This document shows positions 48,402 to 57,971 of a stretch of DNA of 64,000 bases, one piece after another (within the stretch, counting starts at the first letter, position 1; every line of letters starts with the position of its first letter). The notes under the pieces are model-generated. The model saw nothing but the letters and a program-made list of their open reading frames with translations. It did not search any database and was not told the origin of the DNA. Made by a program: the position numbers and the translations under genes. The DNA comes from an uncultured Clostridia bacterium (GTDB lineage: Bacteria > Bacillota > Clostridia > Oscillospirales > CAG-272): positions 69,613 through 133,612 of the forward strand of contig CALWJV010000008.1 in assembly GCA_944381115.1 (NCBI GenBank), read 5' to 3'.

Positions 48402-49409
48402 ATGGCAAATCATAACGGAAAAAAGAAATATACTTTATATGATCTATTTCATAAAAATCCGCTTTCCGGAAAGGGAGTGTCAAAAAACGATAAACTCCCT
48501 CGAAATTTTAAAAATTTTTTTAAACTTTCCTGGTGGCATATAAGTACTATTGTGACTGTAAACCTCCTTTTTCTGGTGGGAAATTTTCCTCTTTTTTTTC
48601 TTGGATTCGGTTTTTCCGGATTTCTTAACGAAACAGTGCCGTCTCCCACATCATCAATATATACAGTGCTTTTCGGGACTATGCAGGATGTTGCCGATCC
48701 GGTATCTGCCGCGCTTTACGGGCTTCACGGTTCCCAGGGAGTTTTATCGGCCATAACGGCACCTACAATTGTTATGTATGCAATAGGAGCGCTTCTTATT
48801 TTTACATTCGGACTTACCAACATAGGAACAACGTATATTCTGAGAAATCTTGTAAAAGGAGATCCGGTATTTGTATGGCATGATTTTTGGTATGCTATAA
48901 GGAGAAACCTTAAGCAAGGGATTATAATGGGAATTATTGATCTATTTATAATGGTAATGATTGTTTATGACGTGGCGTTTTTCTATTTTAATATGGGCGC
49001 ATATGTTGGATCTATGATGTTTTTTGCCGCAATACTGCTTGGGGTATTATATTTTATTATGAGGTTTTATATTTATAATCTTATAATCACATTTGATCTT
49101 TCGCTTCCGAAAATAATCAAAAATGCCTTTATTTTTTCTGCAATAGGACTTAAAAGAAATATACTTGCTTTATTAGGAATATTAATGTTGGTACTTCTTG
49201 ATTACTATTTTCTTATAGTGCTTATGCCGTTAGGAATAATGCTTCCGATAATAGTCCTTTACGGGTACTGTGCATATATTGCAAGTTATGCTGCATGGCC
49301 AAAGATAAAACAGATAATGGTAGATCCTTATGTATCGGCAAACAATGCGGATGACGAAGAGCATAATGAAGACGAAGAAGAACCGATATTTACAGATGAT
49401 GTAAAATAA
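48402..49409 (+). CDS. DUF624 (YesL-like) integral membrane protein with an acidic C-tail
   Basis: 335 aa with about six TM helices. The N-terminal FFKLSWWHI...NLLFL pattern is typical of DUF624 as I recall it. Confidence 0.55.
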   Translation: MANHNGKKKYTLYDLFHKNPLSGKGVSKNDKLPRNFKNFFKLSWWHISTIVTVNLLFLVGNFPLFFLGFGFSGFLNETVPSPTSSIYTVLFGTMQDVADPVSAALYGLHGSQGVLSAITAPTIVMYAIGALLIFTFGLTNIGTTYILRNLVKGDPVFVWHDFWYAIRRNLKQGIIMGIIDLFIMVMIVYDVAFFYFNMGAYVGSMMFFAAILLGVLYFIMRFYIYNLIITFDLSLPKIIKNAFIFSAIGLKRNILALLGILMLVLLDYYFLIVLMPLGIMLPIIVLYGYCAYIASYAAWPKIKQIMVDPYVSANNADDEEHNEDEEEPIFTDDVK

Positions 49410-49516
49410 TAAGCCGATTAGCATTGTTTAATAAATTATGGATGGAATAATATTTAGTACAAAATCAAACCGGAGCGAAAAATGAACGTTTTTTTGAAAA
49501 AGGAGTTGAAAGTTAA

Positions 49517-50926
49517 ATGAAAAGACGGAAATTATATGATGGAACAAAACCTTTTGCATATGTTGCTTTTAACTGCCACGACACTGTGATTACGGAAAAT
49601 CTTCTTGATGAACTTGAAAAAAACGGATACCGTTTTTGGCTTAACAGCAAGATAGAGCCAAGCGAATCAGAACTTAAGGAAATATCGGAAAAAATGAACA
49701 GTGCATGTACTACAGTACTTGTACTCACTCAAAATTCAATTACTGACAAGATAATAGATTTTGTTATAATGCGAACTATACAAAAAAGGATACCTCTTGT
49801 GGTATATATGACCGCAGAAACACCCGAAATCAGTGCATATCTCAATGTGTTGCTTGAAAAGATAGGAAATGTTGTTGTATTCAGAGTATGGGAGCAACAG
49901 TTCAAATCATCAAGTGCAGTACGCAATGCCCTTTCTTCTGCAAAAGGACTTTTAGAAAATCAATCAAAGTATTATTTTGAATCCGGACTTCGTATTTTAC
50001 AGAGTACCGGTGCGTCAAGAGAGCAAATGACCAATGCCATGAAAAGCATAACATATGCGGCTGCAAATGAATATTATCCAGCAATGAGTTTTCTCGGAGA
50101 CGTTTCCCTGGAAAAAGCGAGGAATGGGTATGAATCATACTCAATTGCAATAATGTACTATAAAGCTGCATCAGAACTCGGTAGTATACATTCCATATAT
50201 ACCCTTGGGTGTATGCTTGCAGACGGAGAAGGTTTTGCAAAAAATTCTAGTATGGCGGTAACGTATCTTAAAATTGCAGCACAGAACGGATACCCCGATG
50301 CCCAGTACAGACTTGCCGTTATGACCGATAAAGGAGACGGAGTAAAAATAGACAGGGTGGAAGCATCAACCATGTATAAAAAGGCACTTAAAAGCGGAGA
50401 TAGACGTGCATACATGAATCTTGCATACAGATATTTATACGGAGACATGCTTGCAAAAGATGAGCATAAGGCAGCAGAGTATTTTCTTGAAGCAGCAAAA
50501 GATGGGAATGTAGAAGCATACCTTGAGATCGCAAAACTTTACAGAGCGGGTATAGGTATTGCAAGAAATGAAAATCTTTCCGCCGAGTACTTTTTAAAAG
50601 CAGCACAGGCAGATATTGCCGAAGCACAGTATTATTATGCATTGTATCTTCAAAAGCATAAAAATTATGTAGAAGCGTTCAGGTGGTTGCAAGCAGCGGC
50701 AAGAGAGCGTAAGGACGGCAAAGAAGCAAGCGCAGAGACGCTTTATGCGATAGCGCAATGTTATGAAAAAGGCAGAGGTGTAGAGCAGGACCGTAAAACA
50801 GCGTTTCTGTATTATTATGCAGCAGCAGAAAAAGGCAGCGAAAGAGCAAGATCAGCGGTTTCCGAATGTTACAGAAAGGGAATAGGTGTGCCTGTTAATA
50901 AAAGGGCAGCGGTTTTCTTTGAGTAA
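49517..50926 (+). CDS. TIR-like domain protein fused to a Sel1-like repeat (SLR) array
   Basis: 469 aa. Residues about 10-115 (KPFAYVAFNCHD...GYRFWLNSKI...TTVLVLTQNS...RIPLVVYM) follow the TIR_2/DUF1863 strand-helix pattern. Residues about 180-469 contain repeated A-x-YY-x-KAA-x-G...A-x-x-LG-x-x-Y-x-x-G-x-G(V/I) Sel1 units. Confidence 0.6.
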   Translation: MKRRKLYDGTKPFAYVAFNCHDTVITENLLDELEKNGYRFWLNSKIEPSESELKEISEKMNSACTTVLVLTQNSITDKIIDFVIMRTIQKRIPLVVYMTAETPEISAYLNVLLEKIGNVVVFRVWEQQFKSSSAVRNALSSAKGLLENQSKYYFESGLRILQSTGASREQMTNAMKSITYAAANEYYPAMSFLGDVSLEKARNGYESYSIAIMYYKAASELGSIHSIYTLGCMLADGEGFAKNSSMAVTYLKIAAQNGYPDAQYRLAVMTDKGDGVKIDRVEASTMYKKALKSGDRRAYMNLAYRYLYGDMLAKDEHKAAEYFLEAAKDGNVEAYLEIAKLYRAGIGIARNENLSAEYFLKAAQADIAEAQYYYALYLQKHKNYVEAFRWLQAAARERKDGKEASAETLYAIAQCYEKGRGVEQDRKTAFLYYYAAAEKGSERARSAVSECYRKGIGVPVNKRAAVFFE

Positions 50927-51030
50927 TATAGAATAAAATTCCTATTAAAAACTATTGACAAGGAAAATTTATTTTGCTATAATGTAAATAGTGAAGGGCA
51001 ATAAATAAAAAAATTATAAGGAGAAACGGT

Positions 51031-51468
51031 ATGAAAAAGAAACTTTTAAAAAATATAGCACTTATGCTTTTAGGAGTCATGCTTGTCACATTGCTTGCTT
51101 CCTGTTCTTCCTATGGCAAAATTCTCAGAAACTTTAAAAATGAAGGATATGAAGAAATCAAGGATGAAGAAAATTCCACATTAAATTCAATTTCGGCAGA
51201 ACTTGAAAGAGGACAAATTTCCTGCACTTTTCATTTATTAAAAAAGAAAATTTCGGAAGATGCGTCTTCCTTGGAAAAAATTGCAAACCAAGCAACAACT
51301 ATTATAATTCTTGAGTTTTCATCAGACAAAGATATACAGGATGCTATCAGTGAAAGCGGAACACTTTCCGGAATGATCAAGGATATACAGAATTCAGAAT
51401 ATGTAAGAGATAACTGTGTTCTTTTCCCGCTAATCAATACTGATGCAAAAGACATATTCAATAAGTAA
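51031..51468 (+). CDS. Small hypothetical lipoprotein
   Basis: 145 aa with a signal peptide and lipobox LLASCSS. An AGGAGA SD lies upstream. Confidence 0.6.
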   Translation: MKKKLLKNIALMLLGVMLVTLLASCSSYGKILRNFKNEGYEEIKDEENSTLNSISAELERGQISCTFHLLKKKISEDASSLEKIANQATTIIILEFSSDKDIQDAISESGTLSGMIKDIQNSEYVRDNCVLFPLINTDAKDIFNK

Positions 51469-51476
51469 ATACTTAA

Positions 51477-51517
51477 CATTAAAACGGTTACCGAAGAAAA
51501 AGGTAACCGTTTTAATG
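51477..51517 (+). terminator. Intrinsic terminator
   Basis: A perfect 16-bp stem pairs CATTAAAACGGTTACC with GGTAACCGTTTTAATG. The T4 tract lies at the 3' side of the GC core. Confidence 0.6.
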
Positions 51518-51601
51518 TTAATAAACAAAATTATGTAAAATGAATTATTAAATGTATTGGTAACAAAAAACTAATCGATTAACTTTTGTTATGCATTTCT
51601 A

Positions 51602-51630
51602 TTGACTTTTAAAAAAAATTATGGTATACT
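51602..51630 (+). promoter_or_regulatory. Putative sigma-A promoter of fucI
   Basis: TTGACT (51602-51607) is followed by 17 nt and then TGgTATACT (-10 at 51625-51630). Confidence 0.45.
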
Positions 51631-51664
51631 TTAGGTAACAAAAAAATTAAAAGGAGATAAGATT

Positions 51665-53482
51665 ATGGCAGAAGCAAAAAGCAGACTTCTTGGCGGTTAC
51701 CCGGTTATCGGAATAAGACCTACAATAGACGGACGTCGCGGTGCATTAAAAGTCAGAGAATCTCTTGAAGACCAAACAATGAACATGGCAAAAGCGGCAG
51801 CAAAACTGTTTGAGGAAAATTTAAGATATTCAAACGGAGAGCCTGTAAAAGTCATTATCGCCGATACAACTATCGGACGTGTTGCCGAAAGCGTGGCATG
51901 TGAAGAAAAGTTTAGGAAAAACGGTGTTCAGATCACCCTTACCGTAACTCCATGCTGGTGCTACGGTGCGGAAACAATGGACATGAATTATGAGACCATA
52001 AAAGGCGTATGGGGCTTTAACGGTACCGAAAGACCAGGTGCTGTATATCTTGCTTCTGTTCTTGCCACACATGCGCAGAAAGGTCTTCCGGCATTCGGGA
52101 TATACGGTCATGATGTTCAGGATCTTGACGATACAACAATTCCTGCAGATGTATGTGAAAAACTTCTCCGTTTTGGCCGTGCTGCCGTAGCGGCAGCAAC
52201 CATGAAGGGTAAATCATATCTACAAATAGGATCTATGTGTATGGGTATCGGCGGGTCTATCATGGATACGAATTTCCTTGAAGATTATCTCGGTATGAGG
52301 GTTGAGTCTGTTGACGAAGTAGAAATTATCCGCCGAATGTCCGAAGGTATTTACAATAAAGCAACATATAAAAAAGCACTTGAGTGGGCAAAAAAGTATT
52401 GTAAGATAGGATTTGACAAAAACCCGGAGGAACTTCAGAAATCAGAAAAAGAGAAGGAAAAGGACTTTGAATTTGTCGTTAAAATGATGGTGATAATAAA
52501 AGACCTAATGAATGGCAATAAAAATCTTCCAAAGGGGTGCGAAGAAGAATCGGTGGGACATAATGCAATCGCTGCGGGATTCCAAGGACAGAGGCAGTGG
52601 ACCGATTTTTACCCGAATGCTGATTTTGCGGAAGCAATGCTTAATACAACATTTGACTGGGAAGGAGCACGGGAGCCATATATCCTTGCAACTGAGAACG
52701 ATATTTTAAACGGTCTCGGGATGCTTTTTATGAAATTACTTACAAACCGGGCACAGATATTTGCAGATGTACGTACATATTGGTCCGGAAGTTCTGTTTA
52801 CCGTGTGACCGGATACGAATTAGAAGGTAAAGCAAAACTTGCAGACGGAGTCATTCACCTTATAAATTCGGGCGCTGCATGTCTTGATGCAAACGGTGCG
52901 GCAGTTGATGAAAACGGCAATCCGGTAATGAAGGAATGGTACAATGTCACAGAGGATGATCAAAAGGCAATTATGGAGAATACAACATGGAACTATGCCG
53001 ATCTCGGATATTTTCGAGGAGGCGGATATTCTTCAAGATTTCTTACGCGAGCAGAAATGCCGGTTACAATGATAAGACTCAATCTTATTAAAGGACTCGG
53101 TCCTGTCCTCCAGATAGCCGAGGGATGGACAGTAAATCTGCCTGATGATGTAAGCGATGTTCTTTGGAAGAGAACAGATTATACGTGGCCTTGCACATGG
53201 TTTGCACCGCGCTGTGACGGCAAAGAAGGAAGCCCGTTTAAAACAGCGTATGAGGTAATGAATAATTGGGGAGCAAATCACGGAGCGATAAGTTACGGCC
53301 ATATCGGAGCTGATCTAATCACTCTTTGTTCTATGCTACGTATTCCGGTTTCGATGCACAACGTACCTAAAGAAAAGATATTCCGCCCTGCAGCATGGAA
53401 CGCATTCGGAACCGCAGATAAAGAGGCGGCAGATTACCGTGCATGCGAGGTATACGGCCCGCTTTATAAAAAATCAAGGTAA
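51665..53482 (+). CDS. fucI: L-fucose isomerase
   Basis: 605 aa. The N-terminus [11 protein letters not shown]...[16 protein letters not shown]...[15 protein letters not shown] is collinear with E. coli FucI as I remember it. Confidence 0.92.
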   Translation: MAEAKSRLLGGYPVIGIRPTIDGRRGALKVRESLEDQTMNMAKAAAKLFEENLRYSNGEPVKVIIADTTIGRVAESVACEEKFRKNGVQITLTVTPCWCYGAETMDMNYETIKGVWGFNGTERPGAVYLASVLATHAQKGLPAFGIYGHDVQDLDDTTIPADVCEKLLRFGRAAVAAATMKGKSYLQIGSMCMGIGGSIMDTNFLEDYLGMRVESVDEVEIIRRMSEGIYNKATYKKALEWAKKYCKIGFDKNPEELQKSEKEKEKDFEFVVKMMVIIKDLMNGNKNLPKGCEEESVGHNAIAAGFQGQRQWTDFYPNADFAEAMLNTTFDWEGAREPYILATENDILNGLGMLFMKLLTNRAQIFADVRTYWSGSSVYRVTGYELEGKAKLADGVIHLINSGAACLDANGAAVDENGNPVMKEWYNVTEDDQKAIMENTTWNYADLGYFRGGGYSSRFLTRAEMPVTMIRLNLIKGLGPVLQIAEGWTVNLPDDVSDVLWKRTDYTWPCTWFAPRCDGKEGSPFKTAYEVMNNWGANHGAISYGHIGADLITLCSMLRIPVSMHNVPKEKIFRPAAWNAFGTADKEAADYRACEVYGPLYKKSR

Positions 53483-53611
53483 AATTATTTTTTAATGAAA
53501 TTTTAAGGATTTTATCAGTTCAAAACAGCGGATTTAATCAATTATCCGGCGGAAAAATATGTTTTTCGGAATGCTTTAAAAAAGATATAAAATACGGACA
53601 GATAAAATCAA

Positions 53612-53662
53612 AAGGAAAAAATGATTCCCCGCGGTGAAAAATTTCACTGCGGGGAATTTTTA
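53612..53662. terminator. Bidirectional intrinsic terminator (fucI on +, feoB operon on -)
   Basis: ATTCCCCGCGGTGA (53624-53637) pairs with TCACTGCGGGGAAT (53644-53657). T-runs follow on both strands. Confidence 0.65.
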
Positions 53663-53811
53663 TTTATTTTTTTGCGTTTACGGCATCCTGCACAGCCTTT
53701 ACAGTTACCGCAACAAGATCCTATTTTCTTAGTTTTTTTAATCGCCCATACTACCGAAAAAATAAACCAAACGGAGATAACGGTAATAATTATGTAATCA
53801 GCAAATCCCAT
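53644..53811 (-). CDS. FeoB-associated Cys-rich small membrane protein (not in the supplied ORF track)
   Basis: Hand translation gives MGFADYIIITVISVWFIFSVVWAIKKTKKIGSCCGNCKGCAGCRKRKKINKNSPQ (55 aa). That is one TM helix plus a CCxxCxxCxxC tail. The ATG starts 3 nt after the feoB stop codon. Confidence 0.75.
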   Translation of the reverse strand: MGFADYIIITVISVWFIFSVVWAIKKTKKIGSCCGNCKGCAGCRKRKKINKNSPQ

Positions 53812-53814
53812 ATT

Positions 53815-55827
53815 TTACCCTATAAGTACACATATTTGATAAACGATCAGTGACATAAGCCATGCAATACCACACTGCATTATTGCCACTCCGGCGGCTT
53901 TTGTTCCCGAACCGAGTTCTCGTTTTATTGCAGCGATAGCCGCAATACAAGGGGTGTATAAGAGAGTGAAGATAAGGAAACTGACTGCTTGCGCAGGTGT
54001 TAAAACAGCGGTTAAAACTTCCGGAAGTGCCTCCATCGAAGTTCCGTTTAATACTGCAAGTGTACTGATTACCGCTTCTTTTGCGGAAAAACCGGTAATT
54101 AGAGAAGTAGTCAGTTTCCAATCTGAAAGACCGAGAGGGGCAAATATGGGAGATATGAAACGACCTATGGATGCTAAAATACTGTCTGAAGAGTTTTCAA
54201 CTATAAAAAGTCTGAAATCAAATGTTTGTAAAAACCAAATAATAACAGTGGCAAGAAAAATTATGGTAAATGCTCTTTGAACGAAATCTTTTGCCTTTTC
54301 GTACATAAGTTGAAGTACGGTTTTTGTAGAAGGAAACCTGTAATTTGGAAGTTCCATAACAAACGGAACAGGGTTACCTTTGAATGCCGTTATATTGAAA
54401 ATTAGGGCGATAAGTATTCCGACAATTATTCCGGTTACATATAGACTTATCATTGCAAGCGGAGCGGTTTTCGGGAAAAAAGCTTTTGCGAACATTGCGT
54501 AAACCGGAATTTTAGCCGAACAACTCATAAAAGGTGTCAGCATAATGGTCATTTTTCTGTCACGCTCAGATGAAAGAGTCCTTGTAGCCATTATAGCCGG
54601 GACGCTACAGCCGAACCCAAGAAGCATAGGAACAATAGAGCGTCCGGAAAGACCGATTTTACGCAAAAGTTTATCCATAACAAATGCGACGCGAGCCATA
54701 TATCCCGTGTCCTCTAAGATTGAAAGGAAGAAAAATAGTACCACAATAGTCGGTAAAAAACTGAGGACTGAACCGACTCCGGCAAAAACGCCGTCAATAA
54801 CCAGACTTTTTACTACGGGATTAATACCGAAGGTATCAAGACCATTTGCAGCGGCAGATGTCAGCATATCTAAAGCGAGAGTAAGAATATTTGAAAGAAA
54901 TGCACCTATAAAAGAGAATGAAAGCCAAAAAACGGCAAGCATAATACAGAGAAAAAGAGGAATAGCAAGATATTTGTTAGTAAGTACCGAGTCAATTTTA
55001 ATGGAACGAAGTCTTTCTTTGCTTTCCTTACATTTTACAACAGTATTTTTACATACATTTTCAATGAATGTGTATCTCATATCGGCGAGAGCGGCATTTC
55101 TGTCAAGTCCTGTTTCTCTTTCCATTTCGACAATGGAATGTTCCATTAGTTCAAGTTCATTTTTGTTAAGGGCAAGAAGATCAATTATCGGCTCATCACC
55201 TTCAATAAGTTTTGTAGCGGCAAAACGCGAAGGGATCCCGGCGCGTTTTGCATGATCATCAATAAGATGCACTGCGGCGTGTATACAGCGGTGGACTGCA
55301 CCGTCATCGCAGAAATCAATAACTTTTGGAAGGGTCTTGCTTGAACTGACTTTTATAAGTTCTGAAACGAGGTCGTCAATACCTTCATTTTTTGACGCAG
55401 ATATTGCCACACACGGAACTCCGAGCAAAGCGGACAGTCCGTTTATGTCAATAGAACCGTCGTTACCTTTTACTTCGTCCATCATGTTCAATGCAATAAC
55501 AGTGGGAATTTTAAGTTCCAGGATTTGTAAAGTCAGATATAAATTACGTTCGATGTTTGTTGCGTCAATAATATTTATAATACCGTCCGGACGGTTTTTT
55601 AAAATAAAATCGCGGGTTACTATTTCCTCGCTTGTATAAGGGCGCAGCGAATAAATTCCCGGGAGATCAACTACTGATAAGTCCTTGTTTGAGCGGAGCG
55701 TACCGACCTTTTGATCAACCGTTACACCTGGGAAATTTCCAACATGCTGATTTGAGCCGGTAAGTTGATTAAAAAGCGTAGTTTTGCCGCAGTTTTGATT
55801 ACCGACAAGAGCAAAAGTTGCGTTCAT
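53815..55827 (-). CDS. feoB: Ferrous iron transporter FeoB
   Basis: 670 aa. The N-terminal G-domain carries GNQNCGKTT and DLPG. It is followed by the polytopic membrane domain with gate motifs. Confidence 0.95.
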   Translation of the reverse strand: MNATFALVGNQNCGKTTLFNQLTGSNQHVGNFPGVTVDQKVGTLRSNKDLSVVDLPGIYSLRPYTSEEIVTRDFILKNRPDGIINIIDATNIERNLYLTLQILELKIPTVIALNMMDEVKGNDGSIDINGLSALLGVPCVAISASKNEGIDDLVSELIKVSSSKTLPKVIDFCDDGAVHRCIHAAVHLIDDHAKRAGIPSRFAATKLIEGDEPIIDLLALNKNELELMEHSIVEMERETGLDRNAALADMRYTFIENVCKNTVVKCKESKERLRSIKIDSVLTNKYLAIPLFLCIMLAVFWLSFSFIGAFLSNILTLALDMLTSAAANGLDTFGINPVVKSLVIDGVFAGVGSVLSFLPTIVVLFFFLSILEDTGYMARVAFVMDKLLRKIGLSGRSIVPMLLGFGCSVPAIMATRTLSSERDRKMTIMLTPFMSCSAKIPVYAMFAKAFFPKTAPLAMISLYVTGIIVGILIALIFNITAFKGNPVPFVMELPNYRFPSTKTVLQLMYEKAKDFVQRAFTIIFLATVIIWFLQTFDFRLFIVENSSDSILASIGRFISPIFAPLGLSDWKLTTSLITGFSAKEAVISTLAVLNGTSMEALPEVLTAVLTPAQAVSFLIFTLLYTPCIAAIAAIKRELGSGTKAAGVAIMQCGIAWLMSLIVYQICVLIG

Positions 55828-55985
55828 AAAGTTCCTTCCTGTAAATTTAAAACTTTAAGAAGAGAAATAATGTAAAAAGTTTAACCATTAAAAAAACTTA
55901 ATTTATTAATACACAAACGAATTTTTATTTTAAAATACTGTGTATAAAGTACCTAAACAGAAAAATATTAAAATTGACTCATATG

Positions 55986-56216
55986 TCAATTTTCTTCCGG
56001 TTCAACTGTTATTTTTTGAGCATCGTCAAGACGGATAGTCAGGGAATAGCCTCTTATTAGAAGTTCTATCGGGTCCCCCATTGGAGCAATTTTTGTGATC
56101 TTTACTGAAGTTTTAGGCGTAAGACCCATATCAAGAAGCCGGAGACGTAACGATTTTTCGCCATCGACAGAAATTATTTTTGCATTTTTATTGAGAGAAA
56201 GTTTATCGAGAGTCAT
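55986..56216 (-). CDS. feoA: FeoA-family protein
   Basis: 76 aa with an SH3-like FeoA pattern (LRLLDMGL, G.PIEL...G..L.IR). It lies upstream of feoB. Confidence 0.85.
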   Translation of the reverse strand: MTLDKLSLNKNAKIISVDGEKSLRLRLLDMGLTPKTSVKITKIAPMGDPIELLIRGYSLTIRLDDAQKITVEPEEN

Positions 56217-56274
56217 TTTTTTCCTTTCACGGGATTATGTTATCATCCGTATATTTAAGAGTTATAAATGTTCG

Positions 56275-56292
56275 CAATAATTTAAATTATTG
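56275..56292. promoter_or_regulatory. Perfect 18-bp AT-rich palindrome upstream of feoA (candidate Fur-family operator)
   Basis: CAATAATTTAAATTATTG is a perfect inverted repeat about 60 nt upstream of the feoA start. It resembles the AT-rich 7-1-7 / 9-9 style of Fur boxes. Confidence 0.3.
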
Positions 56293-56552
56293 AATAATGT
56301 TTTTATTTACAATATGTAAATAATTTTCAATAACACAATTTATTATAGCATTAAAAAAATATATTGTCAATTATTTTAAATAAAATAAATAAAAAAACGC
56401 ATAATAAAAATAATTATTAAAGGTTAAGTAATATGCTGTAAACATGCATTTTTAAAATAAATTTTGGCGGTAAAATCATAATAATATAAAAAAATATAAG
56501 GGGGGCGTTTAAAGTAAATATCTCCGAAAGAAAAGCGGAATTTGCAATAAAT

Positions 56553-57263
56553 ATGGCAGTTTCGCTGTTAGAAAGCGGTGCTGAAGTAAAGCGTGCAGAA
56601 GAAAGTGCGGAAAGAGTAGCACTTGCACTCGGGGCAGCATCATGTGAGGTACTGTCGTTTGTATCTTTTATTCTTCTCACATATGATTCTGCAGACGGAG
56701 AAAGTTTTACAAAGACACGGAGAGTAAAAAACAGCGGTGCAGACTTTTCCAGATTTGAAAGACTTAATGCACTTTCAAGGAAAATATGTGAAAGTAAAAT
56801 GGGACTTGAAATTGCTGAAAGTGAATTTAGAGAGGCAAATAAGAATACATCGGTGAAACCGCTTAAAAGTTATATACAGTCTATGATAGTTGCATTTTGC
56901 TTTTCTCTTTTTTTTGGCGGAGGAATAAAAGAGGCCATTTCTTCCGCTATAAGTGCAAATACCATTCAGTTTATGAAGATCAAAGGAGATATAGGCTTCG
57001 AAAACAAACTTATTTTCACCTGCGTAACATCTTTTTTGGCGGGTGCCGTATGTTTGTTTACAGTTAAGATAGGCATGGCAGAAAATTACGATATGGTTGC
57101 CATAGGGAATATAATGTTGCTTGCCCCGGGAATATCTGTTATGAGTGCTGTAAGGGACATAATCAGCGGAGAAATACTTTTTGGTATTACACGTTTATTT
57201 GAATCAATTTTGACTGCACTCTCGATTGCAATAGGGTTTGCCTTGCCGTCGCTTGTTTTATAA
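56553..57263 (+). CDS. Threonine/serine exporter family protein, ThrE N-part (DUF1212)
   Basis: It has the GAEVKRAEESAERVALALG motif and five or so TM helices. The start is uncertain: the frame is open from 56490 and a strong AGGGGGG SD at 56499 is not followed by a canonical start. Confidence 0.75.
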   Translation: MAVSLLESGAEVKRAEESAERVALALGAASCEVLSFVSFILLTYDSADGESFTKTRRVKNSGADFSRFERLNALSRKICESKMGLEIAESEFREANKNTSVKPLKSYIQSMIVAFCFSLFFGGGIKEAISSAISANTIQFMKIKGDIGFENKLIFTCVTSFLAGAVCLFTVKIGMAENYDMVAIGNIMLLAPGISVMSAVRDIISGEILFGITRLFESILTALSIAIGFALPSLVL

Positions 57264-57305
57264 TATTTTTATAATATAATATAAATAAAATTAGATGGTT
57301 AGTAT

Positions 57306-57773
57306 ATGGGTGATTATTTATATAAAATGGTTTTGACATTTGTTTCTGTATCGGCTTTTGCACTTCAGGATAAGATGAAATTAAGAACAGTTTTTATTGC
57401 AGTAATAGGCGGGGTATTGACATTTACAGCGGAGTATTTTTTTGTTATGAAAAGCGAAAATACTTTTCTTATATATTTTCTTTCTGCGGGAGTCACATGT
57501 CTTTATTCAGAAATAATGGCCAGAATAAACAAGGTACCTGCAACAATAATTATGCTATCTGCCGTAATACCATTGGTTCCGGGATCAATTATATATTATT
57601 CAATGAGGGGACTACTTGAAAACCGGTATGATATATATATTACAAATCTTATAGAGGCATTGCTTTCGGCAGGAGGGATAGCCAGTGCGGTAGCAGTTAC
57701 CGGAGTGCTTACCGGAACATATAAAAAAATAGTTGAAATATGGTTAAAAAAGGTCAATGAAATAAGACCGTAG
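57306..57773 (+). CDS. Threonine/serine exporter family protein, ThrE C-part (DUF3815)
   Basis: 155 aa with four or five TM helices. It is adjacent to the DUF1212 partner, as in split ThrE systems. Confidence 0.75.
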   Translation: MGDYLYKMVLTFVSVSAFALQDKMKLRTVFIAVIGGVLTFTAEYFFVMKSENTFLIYFLSAGVTCLYSEIMARINKVPATIIMLSAVIPLVPGSIIYYSMRGLLENRYDIYITNLIEALLSAGGIASAVAVTGVLTGTYKKIVEIWLKKVNEIRP

Positions 57774-57942
57774 TTTTCCCGGGTGATAATAAACTGTTAT
57801 TTTTTACGGGGCAATATTTTTCAATGTAATTCAAAAGTAAAATAAAAATTAGTTATTTTTACCATTGAATGTAAAAAAAAAGTAATAATTTTACTGTAAA
57901 TATACAAATTTTTTATAAGAAATAAATAATTATGAAAATGTA

Positions 57943-57971
57943 TTGCATAAAAAAAGAAACTATGTTATAAT
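57943..57971 (+). promoter_or_regulatory. Putative sigma-A promoter of the pot operon
   Basis: TTGCAT (57943-57948) is followed by 17 nt and then TGtTATAAT (-10 at 57966-57971). This implies a leader of about 280 nt. Confidence 0.45.

Noticed and set aside
54545-55255. 236-aa ORF antisense to feoB
   Set aside because: It is embedded in the unambiguous feoB coding region, and its composition is typical of an antisense frame.
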